Source: Yuukianura sp. NJ FZ-2021 (lineage: Eukaryota). Taken from it: a stretch of 64,000 bases of DNA. Positions 33,033-46,518 of this stretch are shown here, piece by piece. Every line of letters starts with the position of its first letter. Positions within the stretch are counted from its first letter, which is position 1. The stretch is from the NCBI GenBank assembly GCA_046563655.1, contig CM102286.1:14322001-14386000 (forward strand), given 5' to 3'. The translations under genes and the position numbers were made by a program. Under the pieces are notes generated by a model that had not been told where the DNA came from, did no database searches, and worked only from the letters and a program-made list of their open reading frames with translations.

Positions 33033-35488
33033 ATGGAACTCATGCTGATATTAGTGTTGGCAGTAATTGTTCTCCTTTGGATTTACAACAAAGTTTCACG
33101 TCCAAAGAACTACCCACCGGGTAAGATTTTTTCAAACGGCATTTTTAAAATTGAAATTTTGAAATTTGAAATTCATTTTTCTTTGGTTTTTAGGTCCATT
33201 TCTCCTACCAGTAGTGGGAGCATTCCCACAGTTGGGTTTAGGAGGATTCCACGAAAGTCTGAGCAAATGGAGAAGAGAATTTGGAAATATTTTTAGCTTC
33301 AGCGTGGGTCCATTGAGGTAATTTTTTTTGTTTAATTTATTTAGTTACACAGTTAATTAATAATTATTATAGTTCGTGTAATTATTATTATATTTTTATG
33401 CAGCATGGTGGTTTTAAATGACTACAACTTGATCAAAGAGGCTTTTGCAATGGATGAGTTTACTGGACGACCGTTCAATGACCAAATTCGAGAATTGGCG
33501 GGAGAAGCAAGAACAGGTATACAAAAGGAGCGACAGGAAAATTATTTTTTTCAAAAAACACAACTAGAGGTCAAAGGTCATCGATTTTTTTATGCAACTT
33601 CTGTAGGACTTGTGGCATCAGAAGGTGCTCAATGGGAAGCCCAGCGGCGTTTTGCGTTGCGCCATCTACGAGATTTTGGGTTCGGTAAACGAACGCTTGA
33701 AGCAGCAACGCACGAAGACATTACTGACTTGATTGCCAAATTCAAAAAAGATGTGGGCCAACCGATTTCAACTGGATTCAGATTCAACATGTCGGTGATC
33801 AGCGCCCTCTGGCAAATCATCGCTGGACAGCGATATGACCTCGATGACCCCGAGTTTGAACATGTCGTCGGAAAACTGAAAGCGTAAGAACAAAATGTTT
33901 GGATTTTGGAGTCATAGGGTCAATGACCTCTAATTAAGGGTGGGCATCCGTCATTGTTTTTAGAAATCCGGATTTCGGATTTCGACGGATTTTTATTCAA
34001 AAATCCGGATTAAAATACAGATTTCAAAATACAGGATATATAATATTTCCCAAAAGAAAATTGCTTAGTTTTTCAAAATTATGAACAACGTTGGTTTTAA
34101 ACTTCAAGACCCAAAAAAAGTTGATAACTGTACATCAAACATGCTTAAATTTTGATAACATGAAACATGCTATATATTCGGTTTTCTATATCAATTTTTT
34201 AATTGTTTATATCATAAAATGGAACAAAAAAAAATCCGGATTCCGTGTTTTGTTTTTGAAATCCGGATTTGGAAGAATCCGTGAAAAATCCGGATTTATA
34301 TCCAGAACAAAAATCCGGATTCACACTGCTACCTCTAACGTGCTGATTTTTTTTTATTCCAGTGCTATTTCTTCCAACGAAGGAATTGGTCCAGTGTTGC
34401 TGTCAATGAAATGGCTTACGAAGTTTGCTCCAAGTTTCAGTGGTTGGACACAATTTAAGGAAGCAGTGGATACTGCCAAAGTATTCATAGAACAAAATAT
34501 TCATGAACATAAACAAACATTTCAAGAAGGAAACTTGAGAGACTACTTGGACGTGTACCTCAATGAAATGAATCAAACCAAGGATCCCGCTTCTTCATTT
34601 TTCAAAACTCTTGGAGGTAATTTTCAGAAAATTTTCAAAATTTTGAGCAATGAAAGTTCCAATAGTTTCTTTTCTCTCTTGTTTAATTCTACTGCTTTCT
34701 GTTTCTTTAGATGAAAATTTACGAACTGGAGCATTAAACCTACTCGGCGCTGGTTCTGAAACCACAAGGTACAAATTCAATCTTCAAAGCGAAAAAAAAA
34801 TTGAAAAGAAAATGAAAATTTTTGAAATTGACATAAATTTTTTTACAGTTCGACTTTGACATGGACCATGCTCTACTTATCAAGAAATCAAAAAGTTCAA
34901 AAAAAGTTACAAACTGAAATTGATTCTGTGATTGGTCGTTCAAGATTACCAAGCTTAGCAGACCAAAACTCGTAAGATTCAAAATCAATTTTGAAAAAAA
35001 AAATCTTAAAATTTTACTTTGAGTTGAAATTTTTTTTTAACAGAATGCCGTACGTTACTGCCACCATCATGGAAATATTCCGCAAGTCGTCTTTAGTTGC
35101 ACTCGGTCTTCCACATAATACAATGACGGAAGTGAAATTTCACGGTTTCACACTTCCCAAAAATACAACTGTCGTAGCCAACATTTACGAAGTTCATCAT
35201 GACAAGAACATTTGGGGTGACCCGGAAGTGTTTAGACCCGAAAGATTTTTGACCTCTGATGAAAAAGCAGTGGTCAAAGGTCATCCGCCCATCATTCCAT
35301 TTGGTATTGGAAAGAGACAATGTCTAGGTGAAACTTTGGCTAGAAACAACCTATTCTTATTTCTCGTGAGTCTTTTTCAAACCTTCGATATCAAACCACA
35401 TCACATGACTCCTCAAGAACCAAAAGTCCCTGGCGGCGTTTTTCGATTTCCACCGGAATTTAAAGTCATTTTTGAAGAACGGCAATGA
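33033..35488 (+). CDS. Cytochrome P450, CYP2 clan, cluster copy 4
   Basis: AGSETTS, EIFR, FRPERF, FGIGKRQCLGE. Confidence 0.95.
33935..34331. mobile_element. Degenerate hAT-type MITE rich in ATCCGGAT palindromes, in an intron of CYP copy 4
   Basis: Flanked by cctctaat/cctctaac (7/8 TSD); ends taagggtg...cactgcta; many aaatccggattt repeats; absent from the equivalent short intron of copy 3. Confidence 0.65.
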
Positions 35489-36242
35489 AAATGTTTAATT
35501 TAACACAATTTAAGTTAAAATTAGAATAAATTTAAGCTCTAAAACTAAAAAGTCCAAAGTTTGCTCATATTTATTTAAAAGTTGCTCACTTAAGCTGAAA
35601 TTGTGAAGAAAAATTGCAAAATTTTTGAAAAAATGCATGTAAAATAAACAATACGACTTGCGTAAGTTCATGGGCTACAAACTTTTACTTAATTTTGTAT
35701 TTTAGTTGGCAGTGGATCATGGTCATGAGTAAATTAGTGGCCTCTAAAAAGTGTTATGCAATAATAAAAAAAGTATTTTGGTGTTTTTGAAATATCTAAG
35801 TTTCAAGTTCACAAAAAGATAAGATTAAGCAGCGACTGTAAAACGATTTCCTCATGTCTGTCAGTTCATTTCATAATCTCGTCAACAAAGCTTTTGAAAA
35901 AACGACAAAAACTCGTGCTGCACTTTGAAAAGTTCGTGATTCAGTTTCTGTTTGAACTCTTTTACATAGATTTTGAACTAAAGTAGAAAAGATTATGAAA
36001 GAGGGAATATAAAAACAAAATAGGAAAAAAAGGGACAGACTCACATTTAGTTTGAACCTCTTTAAAAAAAAGTTTTTGAAACATCATTTGAAACGTCATT
36101 TGAAAAATTGAGATTTTTTTTAGTTTTGCACTAAACTATTTACTAGTTTTGTTTGGGTTGTAGTTTGTTTCAATCTTTTTTCTTAATTTTGTATAAAAAT
36201 TTTTTTATAACTTTTCTGTTTTTAAAAAACTGAAGAGCCAAG

Positions 36243-38229
36243 ATGCCACTGGCGGTGATTTTGGTGTTTGGTGCAGTAGGACTGTTGTGGCTGTACAATA
36301 AACTTTCACGTCCAAAAAATTATCCACCAGGTATGAATTTTTTTTTCAAATTTTTTTTAGCTGGAAGTTTTTCAAAATTTGAATTTGTGGTAGGACCATT
36401 TTTGTTTCCAATTGTTGGATCACTGCCGCAGTTAGGATTTGGAGGATTTTTAGAAAGTTTGGAAAAATGGAAAAATCAGTATGGAAATATTTTCAGTTTA
36501 AACATTGGTTCAACGAGGTACAAAACCTGAATTAATTTATATATTTATTAATTAATTATATTATATATTAATGTATAATTATTGCTTAGAGTTGTTGTTT
36601 TGAATGACTACGATGTCATCAAAGAAGCTTATGCATTGGATGTATTTGCCGGAAGACCTTCAAATCCGCAACTTCGAGTTATTGGCGGTGAACAAAGAAG
36701 AGGTAAAAAAAAATCAGTAAAATTTTGAAATTTTCTTGAAAATTTATTTTGGATTTTATTTTCTTTTAGGAATTTCGGCTTCGGATGGTACGAATTGGGA
36801 AGCTCAAAGACGTTTCGCTTTACGTCAGTTACGAGATTTTGGATTTGGCAAAAAATCTTTAGAAACCGAAACGCACCAAGACATTGTTGACCTCATGGCT
36901 AAATTCAAAGAGGTCAAAGGTCAACCGGTTTCAACTGAATTTACTTTCAACATGTCAGTGGTCGGTGCTTTGTGGCGAATGGTCAGTGGACAGCGATATG
37001 ACCTCGATGACCCTGAATTTCAACACATTATGGAAAAACTAGAAACGTATGGCAGACTAAAACTAAAATTTTGAAAGTTTCGTTTTTGAAGGTTTTAAAA
37101 AATTTAGTGCAGTCAATACGGCAACTGGAAGTCGAACGGCTTCTTTGTCTTCGATGGAGTGGCTCATAAAATTGGCGCCAAATTGGACTGGTTGGTCGGA
37201 ATTTCAAAATGGAATTGCAGAAGCAAAGGCATTTATTAGAGAACAGATTGATGAGCACAAGAAATCGCATCAAGAAGGAAGTTCACGTGACTTCATGGAC
37301 GTTTTCATCACTGAAATGAACCAAACTAAGGATCCAAATTCTTCGTTTTTTCAAAAAACTGGCTGTAAGTTTCAAAATTTTGAATCAAAGTATTCCTTTG
37401 TAAACTGAAATTGTTACTATTCTGAATTTTTTGTGTTTTAGATGAAAACTTACAAACAGCCTCACTAAATCTACTCGGCGGTGGTTCAGAAACTACAAGG
37501 TTCGAAATTTTGAAACTTCCAAAATTCAAATTTTCAAAAAATTTCAGCTTGAAACTTCTGTTATTCAATTTCAGTTCAACCCTAGGCTGGGCGTTGTTCT
37601 TCCTAACTCAAAATGAAAAAATTCAGAAAAAGCTGCAAGCTGAAATCGACGCTGTGATTGGTCGCTCAAGATTGCCGAGCTTAGCTGACCAAGATTCGTA
37701 AGTTCAAAAAAAAAAGTTGAACGACAAAATTTACACTTTTGAAATTGAAATTGTGAAATTTTTCATGTTTCTAAATAGAATGCCATATGCTTCAGCTACA
37801 ATTTTGGAAATTTTGAGAAAATCATCTTTGGTTCCTACTTCCGTGCCGCATTGTACAGTGACGGATGTTAAATTTCGCGGTTTCTTGATTCCTAAAAACA
37901 CTACGATCATGGCCAACACTTACGATTTGCACCACGACAAGAAGATATGGGGCGACCCAGAAGTTTTTAGGCCCGAAAGATTCTTGACCTCTGATGAAAA
38001 ATCGGTGGTCAAAGGTCATCCACCCCTAGTTGCATTTGGAATTGGCAAAAGACAGTGCATCGGAGAAACTCTGGCAAGAAACAATCTGTTTCTGTTCCTC
38101 GTCAGCATTTTTCAAACATTCGACATCAAGTTACCTCCGAACTCTCCAAAAGAATTTAAAATGTCCGGTGGCATTTTTCGAGTCCCGCCAAAAATCAAGG
38201 TTATATTTGAAGAGCGTCAGGAAAAATAA
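36243..38229 (+). CDS. Cytochrome P450, CYP2 clan, cluster copy 5
   Basis: GGSETTS, EILR, FRPERF, FGIGKRQCIGE; closest to copy 2 from exon 2 onward. Confidence 0.95.
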
Positions 38230-38421
38230 AATTTTGCAATGTAAAAAGAAATTCTAAACAAGTAATTCCTAAAGCAAAAGTTCAATTTTTACTCACAATT
38301 AAAAAAAAATTTCGCTTACTGTTGTATTTATTTTATTAATAAGTTAAGTAATTCGAAACTGACATATTTTAAAACCACCTTCCCGCCACTTTTTCAAAAA
38401 AAGTGGCGGGAAATTCGAATT

Positions 38422-39892
38422 TCAGTTGATCGTAAGTGTAGAGTATATCGGCGTGCCCCAACCATGTATGGCATTCTCCATATTAAGCTTTCGCATGCAG
38501 AAAATTTTTGAATTGCGTTCTGGACGATACCCGAATGGGGAATTTTCAAAAAGGTAGTACATTTGGCGGTCGAATGGACTCCCGGGAGGTTTCAAATTTG
38601 GAAAAATCGACTTCCATCTTGGTTCACTGCTGTTCCCACCAAATTTTAAATTGAGGAATTCCACAGTTGGAAAAATACCTTCGAACAAAATTGCATGATA
38701 GATGTGTGCCAGTGCCTGCCAGGCGTGACCCAGAGTCACATACTTTAGCATTGGAAACTGACTAGGAATCAATGGATATTGTAGAATTGAGGCAAGGTCA
38801 ACGTCTGGATCGTTTTCGTCATTGTGAAACTTAAATTTGAGACATTCAAGGCTCAAAAGTGCTGGAATTTTATGTGGAGTTCCACAGTACAATTTGATAG
38901 ACAACTTTTTGAGTGTATTGGACACACTTTTCAAACAGTTTGTCACTACTTCTGGATCCTTCACGTCTAGTATCAATGTGCGGAGTGTCGCCAGTGGTTG
39001 GAAAGTTAAGGCCTTTAGGATACACAAATCTGTCGAATCCAATTCCAATTCAATCAGATTGAATCTGTCCAGTAAGAAACGAAACGTATTGGCTTCAGCA
39101 TCCGACGTGACGTGCACAGAAAATTCACTTTTCATGACTCTTAATGCCGGTGAACAATTCATCCATGACGACATTGTCTCCAGGTCCATGACTCCGTTAG
39201 TTAGTAACCACGTTTGTTCCCATTCTGTACAAGGTGTGTACGGTTCGAGAATCAAACGTTTCAGTTTCGTAGTGTACGGTACCAAACACGAATCGAAGCG
39301 GAACGGTTCGGCTAAATTGTTTTGTCCAAAAACTTCCAGAGTTTCCAGATTTGTGGTGTAACGGAAAAGTGCAGTGAATATGGGTGTTGGATCACCACGG
39401 AAGTATTTAGAAAAGTGTAAACAATACTTTTTTATGTAAGGTCCCACAACTTCAACACAGTTTGTCAATTTTTGGAGGTCTGGAGTGTCGAACATGGAGA
39501 GTTCAAATGATGAAAATGGAACAGCTGATGCATCACTGGTCTCAATGAGAGATGAAAATCGTTCAATCTCTTCTTCTTTATCATTGTAGTTATGGTTACC
39601 GGATTTCAGAAGGAATTTGAGCGTAAAAAGTTGTTTTTGACGTAAGTGGTAACAGCAAATTTCGTTCCAAGTTTTGCTAACGTAGCGAAATTGGGCGAGA
39701 TCTGTTTTTGCAGTAACGAAACTGAGCAGCTTGAAAATCACCTGTCACATTTTCAAAAAAAAATTGACACAAATTATCCAAAAAAAAAAAATTTCTTTTG
39801 CACGAGTAGGAAATTTTTGCTTGAATTTGTTTCAATAACGTTACCTCAATCGGTAAAATTGGATTCGCAATTTCGGTTTCTCGGTTGTCCAT
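38422..39892 (-). CDS. F-box protein with a degenerate LRR-like C-terminus; exons 39892-39845 and 39741-38422
   Basis: Splicing (GAG|gtaacg ... cag|GTG) gives NPILPIEVIFKLLSFVTAKTDLAQFRYVSKTWNEIC, an F-box-like motif, followed by repeated LxxLxL units. Confidence 0.75.
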
Positions 39893-40217
39893 TTTGACAC
39901 GTCAAAAATCAATGTAAAATTTACAATCTCTTTGCAAAATGTCAAAAATTTTGTCGTTCTGTTTTATGGTAAAACTTTCTGCTGAATTCAGACAAAAGAA
40001 AACACAAACGAAGATGACCTTGAGCAGAATCGAGATGCACATAGCATGCAACTTGAACGAGTGGTATGGTAAATCTTATAATCTAACATAACATAACAAA
40101 CCCAGCAGAAGTTCCACGCCATTACTCCGAATGAATTGGTCCGAATCTAATTTACTCCAAATGGGAAATTGGTCTGAAAACAGTTTATATGACAATGGTA
40201 ATCAATAACATTAACAT

Positions 40218-43200
40218 TTAAGTTTTTAGGGCAGTGACGCTGTCATCCATTCTGATGCCTTGTGCCTTGACAAACTGGTAGTAAAATCCTTTCTGGGCCA
40301 GGAGATCCCTCTGGAGTCCAAATTCTGCAATTTTCCCTTTGACTAACACTGCAATGTACTGGCAGTACATGATGGAAGCGTAGGAGTTGGAAACCAATAC
40401 AGTCGTCCTCCCAGGACAAACTTTACTCATCGCAATTTGAACATGCTGGAACAAAAAATATATATAAACGCATTATTTAGCAATAATTAATTTTTACCAT
40501 TAAAACAATCTTTTCAAGTTACCTGTTCTTCCAGTGCATCTAAGGCGCTAGTTGGATCGTCCAGAAGCAGAATGGGAGGATCTCTGAAAAAAGAAAGCAA
40601 CAAAGTTCATTAGAAAATATTGTTAAATTTTCTTTTTCAAAAATTGCAAAAAAAATGTACAAAGTTTTCAAGGATTTTGAAATTTGAAAACCAAATTGGA
40701 AGTTACTAACTTAATGATTGCTCGTGCTATGGCTATTTCTTGTCGCTGTCCGGGATTCAAATTTTTTCCGTGTTCTCCACACCTTGTTTCGTATTGCTAG
40801 AATTTTCATAAAAATGAAAAAGAAAAAACAAAACTGAACTAAAATTTTGTATTCAAGCAAATTCTTTAATTTTTTTACATTCGGAAGTTCCTCAGTGATG
40901 AAATCAGCGTCAGCACTCATCGCTGCTTTTTCGACGAGTCCGCGCAGTTCGTCGTCAGTAGCATTTCCTTGGTATCCATACAAAATGTTTTCACGAATCG
41001 ACATGTCAAACAGATTCGGCTCTTGTGCGACATAACCAATGTTGTCTCTCAAGTGCTTCAAGTTGATGTCCTTGATGTTAATTCCATCAATCAACTACAC
41101 AAAAATTTGATGAAATTTGAAGCTTTTCCGAAAAAATTTGAAACCGGAAATATAAATTTTCGAAATTTACCACTTCTCCACTCTCAATTTCATAAAATCG
41201 TTCAATGATTGACAGAAGTGTGGATTTTCCGCCTCCAACAGGACCGGCTACAAAGAAAAAAAAAAATTTAGAACTTTTCATAAACTTTGATTTCAGAATT
41301 TTTTTTAGAACTTTTTAGAAGCTTTGATGGTAGAATTTTCGTTTAGAACTTCTTGGAAACTTTGATGTTAGAATTCTTTAAAGAACGTTTTGTAAATTTT
41401 TATGGTTTTTTTTAAACTTGCCGATTCCAATGAAGCTTCTGGCGGGTATGGTGAGATTGAGGCCTTGGCAAATCTTGACATCCGGAATGAGTGGATAACT
41501 GAAATGTACATTTCTGAATTCAATTTGACCTTTGATGTCTGGTTTTTCTCCAGTCGTGTCATAGGGGTCAACTGGAGACTCCAGCATGATTAGTCGCATG
41601 ATGAAACTGGCTGACAACCGAGCCTTCACGTACTCCGGAATAAAACTAGTCGCTTGGCCCATACTCAAACTTCCAAAAGTGATGACAAAGAAGACACTTT
41701 GCAAAAACCAAAATTTTTCAAAATTTTGAAAACATTTTTTTGAAAGTATCATACGTAAACAAATTCGAAATTGGGAGAGCTCCAGTTCGGATAAGTTCCG
41801 CCCCGAGTCGAAAGGCAATTCCAAAAATGAAGAACATCAGAGCCTCTGACAAGGCAAATCCAAATGCGTAAGACATCGCACGTTTCTGTCCTTCACTAAA
41901 ACAAAATTTTCAAGAAATTTCAAAATTCAAACTTTTTTTCTCGATTCAAAATTTTTCTAAAAACTGACACCATAGCAGGATGTATGAAAGTTTCAGCTTT
42001 TTGACAAACACTATAAGCTCTGCTCGTACTTTGGAGTCCCACGATGTTTTTGATGAGTCCGTTGGTCAGCTTTAGAACAAAAATTAAATAAAATTTTTGA
42101 TTAGTTAAAATTTTTAATTAACTTACGGTAATTAAAGATTTTCTAAGATCACATAGTTTTCTATGTGAGGCTTCATAGGCTGACTTCTGGATGAAAAAAC
42201 CGCCAACCAGAACGACGACAGTCAACGAAGCGACGAGTGCCAGTTCCCAGCCAAAGATCGTAGCAATGATGAGGCCCGTGATCATGGTGAAGACGGCACT
42301 GATTGCAGTGCCCAGTCGCGGTCCAACGGCCTACATCACACCACTAAATTTTAAATTTCTACACATACGCATGACATCTTCGGGTCAAAGGTCAATGACC
42401 TTTGACCTTTGAACGTACGTTTCTGATGAATGGGATGTCAGACGCCAATCGAGCATAAAGGAATCCTGGTGCATTAGTTTCAAAATCGAACCAGCTGATT
42501 GGTTGACGCAGAATAGATTGGTAGGAGGCTAGGCGCATGCTCTGTGCCAATTGTTCACCAACCACTCCAATACAAATTGTCCTTGCGCAGTAGCCAACTC
42601 CAGCAATAATTGCAATTCCAATGAGAACTTCTACCCAGTACAGCCCTTGTTTGAACATATCTTCCTTGTCACCCAGAAACATCTAAAAAGCAACATAAAA
42701 GTAGAATTGAAAGGTCTTGTGCCTTCAGTTAAACTTTTTTGACTCGAAATTTTGAAAACCGAAAAATTTTGACCTACGTCCAGAATTTGTCCAAGACAGA
42801 GCGATAATACGGGGATGACGATACCGCTGAGCAGGCAGCCGAAAATTCCAAGAAAGAGCATGCGCCGTTCGTCCGGAATTCCTGCAAAAACTTCGCTGAT
42901 TGACGGAACGTAGTCTTGCAGGGCCGGATCATCGAGGTCCTGAACCTTCAGGGCCGTCGGTTCTCCTAGTTGGGCATGGCCTTGTTGCATGTACTCCGCG
43001 GCCAGTTCATGCTCAAGATCCGATTCGGCCCTGATTTTCAAAATTTTGAAATTCGAATTTCCTCAATGAAGAATTTAAAAAATTCGAGATTTTTTACCCT
43101 GCGTTTGAGTCGACCGATGGCGATCTTCCGTCTCTTTGGGATTCTTCTGACAAATTTTCAAATTTCATCATTTGAGCGTAGTAGCCTTTCATTTGCATCA

Positions 43201-46200
43201 GTTCATCATGACTTCCCTTTTCAGCTATAGCACCACCCTAAAATTTTGAAAAACTAAGATTTTGATTTTTTTTTTGGAAATTAATTTTTAACTTACGTGA
43301 AGCACAAAAATCAAGTCAGCATTCCGAGCTACTGCCAATTTGTGAGCGATGATAATGGTTGATAAATTTTTGCGAAGAACTGACAGCGTATGTTCAATTT
43401 TGGTTGCATCGTAAACATCAATTGCCGACATGGCTTCGTCCAGAACCAAAACTTTGGCGTTGGCAATTATACTTCTTGCAATGCAAATTCGTTGTCTAAA
43501 ATTAAAAAAAAAAGTTATAAGTTTTGATTTCAAATTTTGAAAAGTTTTGTCAAATTTCTCCACTCACCGCATACCAATTGACAAGTCCTTTCCACCAGCA
43601 AGAGTAATTTTGGTCATATATTTCTGCACAAAACAAACTTTTTAACAATGAGTTTCTTGATTTCCTTTTTAAAGTTTTTTTTTATTTGAAAAAGTTATTT
43701 GAAATTTTTACTTTTGGGAGTTGCATGATGAATTGATGGGCGAGAGCCATTTTTGCTGCTTTCACGACCATATGCATTTTGATTTCCTTGCGATTCGAAC
43801 GAATGTTGTCAAAAATTGTGCCTTGGTAGAGAACCTATTAAAATATTAAGTTTTTAAATTTCGGCGAAGCCCCAACAAGCATGTTTCGCATGTTGGTAAA
43901 ATATTAAAATAATTATATGTACTACAAATAAATATTATGTTTTAAGATTTTTGACTTACAGCCTGCTGTTCTACAACAGAAATTTGTTCACGAATCCATC
44001 GAACGTTCTGTTAAAAAAAACAATTCCAATTTTCTTCTCAAATTTTTCACTTTTTTATTTTTAGTCCATAATTTTACCAAACTTTTGATGTCGTAGTTGT
44101 CAAATTTGATTTGGCCTTTGTGTGGATCGTAGAATCTTAGCAACAAATTTATTATCGTACTTTTTCCAGAACTACACTCTCCCACGATAGCTAAAAAACA
44201 AGAAAAAACAATAAGTTAATTACTAAACAACTAATTAGTCATATAAAATCATATTAATATATTAAAAATATTATACGTAAATTCTTTAATATATAAATAT
44301 TTTTACGTTACCCACAGTTCCGCTTCCGGGAATTTCCAGTTTCAAGTCCTTGAATACCGGAAATTGTTCTCTTCCAGGATAAGCAAAACTAACGTTCGCA
44401 AATTTGATTTTCCCGCTAAAATTTCTCGGTCTTTCACCTAAAATTAAACAAAAAAGTGGGTAAGTTCAAAGTATAAAAAACATTTTTTTTTATAAATTAG
44501 ATTTTGAAAGTTTTTTTTTGTTTTTACCGCTAGCGGCGTATGGATCAATGTTTGGAGTTGAATTGAGCACATCGTCTAGTAGTTTGATGGAGCCAAACGA
44601 TGCTGCGATGCTGTTGATGTAGGGGAGGAGTGAACCGAGTGCGAATGCGCAAATTGTCAAACTGAAGAACACGGTGTATATTTCTCCCGGAGTGATGACT
44701 CCTTCTACAAGGAGGTTCACAGAGTACCACAGTGCGACTGCGTAGAACGAGTAGATTAGAAAGTACATTCCTCCTATTCCTAAACCAATCAGAAGCTCCA
44801 TTTTCTCAGCGGCTTTGGCGCCTTTCAAAAGAGCTAATCGGTAACGCTTCACTTCTTTTTGTTCTCCAGACAAAGCAGCCACTGTACGCACGCCCATCAA
44901 AACTTCAGAAGAAATCTTCCCCGCTTTTGCATATTCTTTTTGAGCCAATTGAGATTTCTCGGCAATTTTCTGATTTTAAACAAAAAATCGACATTTTCGG
45001 AAAATTTTCCCAAAAACACTTTTTCGAAATTTCATACCTTCCAAAGTATGAGAAGTTTGGTAAAAATGAAAGGCGCTGACATGAGGAAAACCAACGTTAA
45101 TTTCATGTTAATCAAAAGTCCAATTCCAGCTCCGAAACACGCAATCGCAATGTACTCAATCACTAGAGAAAATTTTTGTCCAACACCTTCACGGAAACGC
45201 TCACAGTCACTAGAATAAAACAAATTCTTCAAAAAAAGTTTCAAAATTTTGAATTTTTCAAAATTTCAGTTTCGTACTCTGCCATTTTCAAAACGAGGTT
45301 CCCCGCCGTACGACGACTGTACCACGTGAGTTCCTGACGCAGTAGTTGATAAATGTACTTTTGCTTAATTCGGTACAACTGATTTTCAGCGACAAATTCC
45401 CATGTCCATGTCTGTTCAAAAAGTATATAACATCAATATTAGCGTGACCTTTGACCTGAAAGGTCATTGACCTCAGATTACTTCAAGGTCAATGACCTTG
45501 TTACGTTTTCTACTTTTAACCTGGATGAACGAAGCAACAAAAACGATGAGTCCAATGTAGACGTAGTACATAGAGAATTCGGCGACATAATCCGCGAAAT
45601 CCGATACCGTTTCGTTGCCGGTACTTTGAAACAGATCGACTTTTCCGAAATAACCTTCGCCTTGTACCGATTTAGCATCCGGTATGATACTTGCATTCAT
45701 TTTGGGGTTGACCTTGCTCGTGACCTTCGTCAAAAAAGACAAAGCCAACTTGCCACTGGCCCCCACTTCATGTGCAGTGTGAGCTTTATGCGGATGCAAT
45801 GTTGTGTTTTGCATTTCCTAAAAAAATGAGAAATCTAAAGTTAAAAAGTAAAGGATTTTCATAAAAAAAATTAATTTTTATGTTTTCATTTTCTTAGGCC
45901 AAACCAGCAGTTGGTGTTCAACGTAAGCATTTGAAATTTTTCCAAAAAGACTGAAAAAGAATCAAAATTTCATAAAGAGTTTAGAAAAATTAATCAAGTG
46001 TATTAATTAACTTATTTTATTAAAATTAATTGACTTACATTGCCAATAGTGGAAAGCTTGCAGCATGGATGATCGTAAAAATAGTTCCAATCAGCAGAAT
46101 CGCTTTGTCTTGGATAGAAGTGTACTCGAACTAAAACACAATTTTCAAAAATTGAATTGAAATTTTCTCCTCATTTCGAAATTGAAAATTTAGAAATTTT

Positions 46201-46518
46201 ACCAATTTTTCAACTTTTTTGAGAACGCTTGCAGCAAGTTCCTTCCCCGTGGCTCCTTCCAATTTCTCTTCCTCTTCATCATCCTCATATTGGTCCATTC
46301 CGTCATCATCGCTGCCAAATTCAGTTTTTTTTTTCAAAATTTCCCAATTCTATTTTCAAAAATTCTTAAAAACGTTACCTATCGTCATCATCTTCCAGCA
46401 GTTTTGCAGTTTCGCTCATAAACTGATCATTTTGCTTCTTTAAATTTTCTAAAAGCGGTTGAAATTGCGGATTGGCCAACAGTTGCGTGACTTTCGTCAC
46501 AACCGCGTCCAAGTCCAT
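40218..46518 (-). CDS. Full-length ABCB/P-glycoprotein-like transporter (TMD-NBD-TMD-NBD) with degenerate ATPase motifs
   Basis: ERFREGVGQK, SEVLMGVRTVAAL, LLLRFYDP, SILRQPISWFD, IERFYE, YVAQEPNLF; both halves join in frame through the linker exon at about 43098-43238. Confidence 0.9.

Noticed and set aside
25197..33820. Recurring antisense ORFs (MICQRAL...RRWASH) in the P450 genes
   Set aside because: They are shadows of the conserved sense exon 4 and have no independent coding signal.
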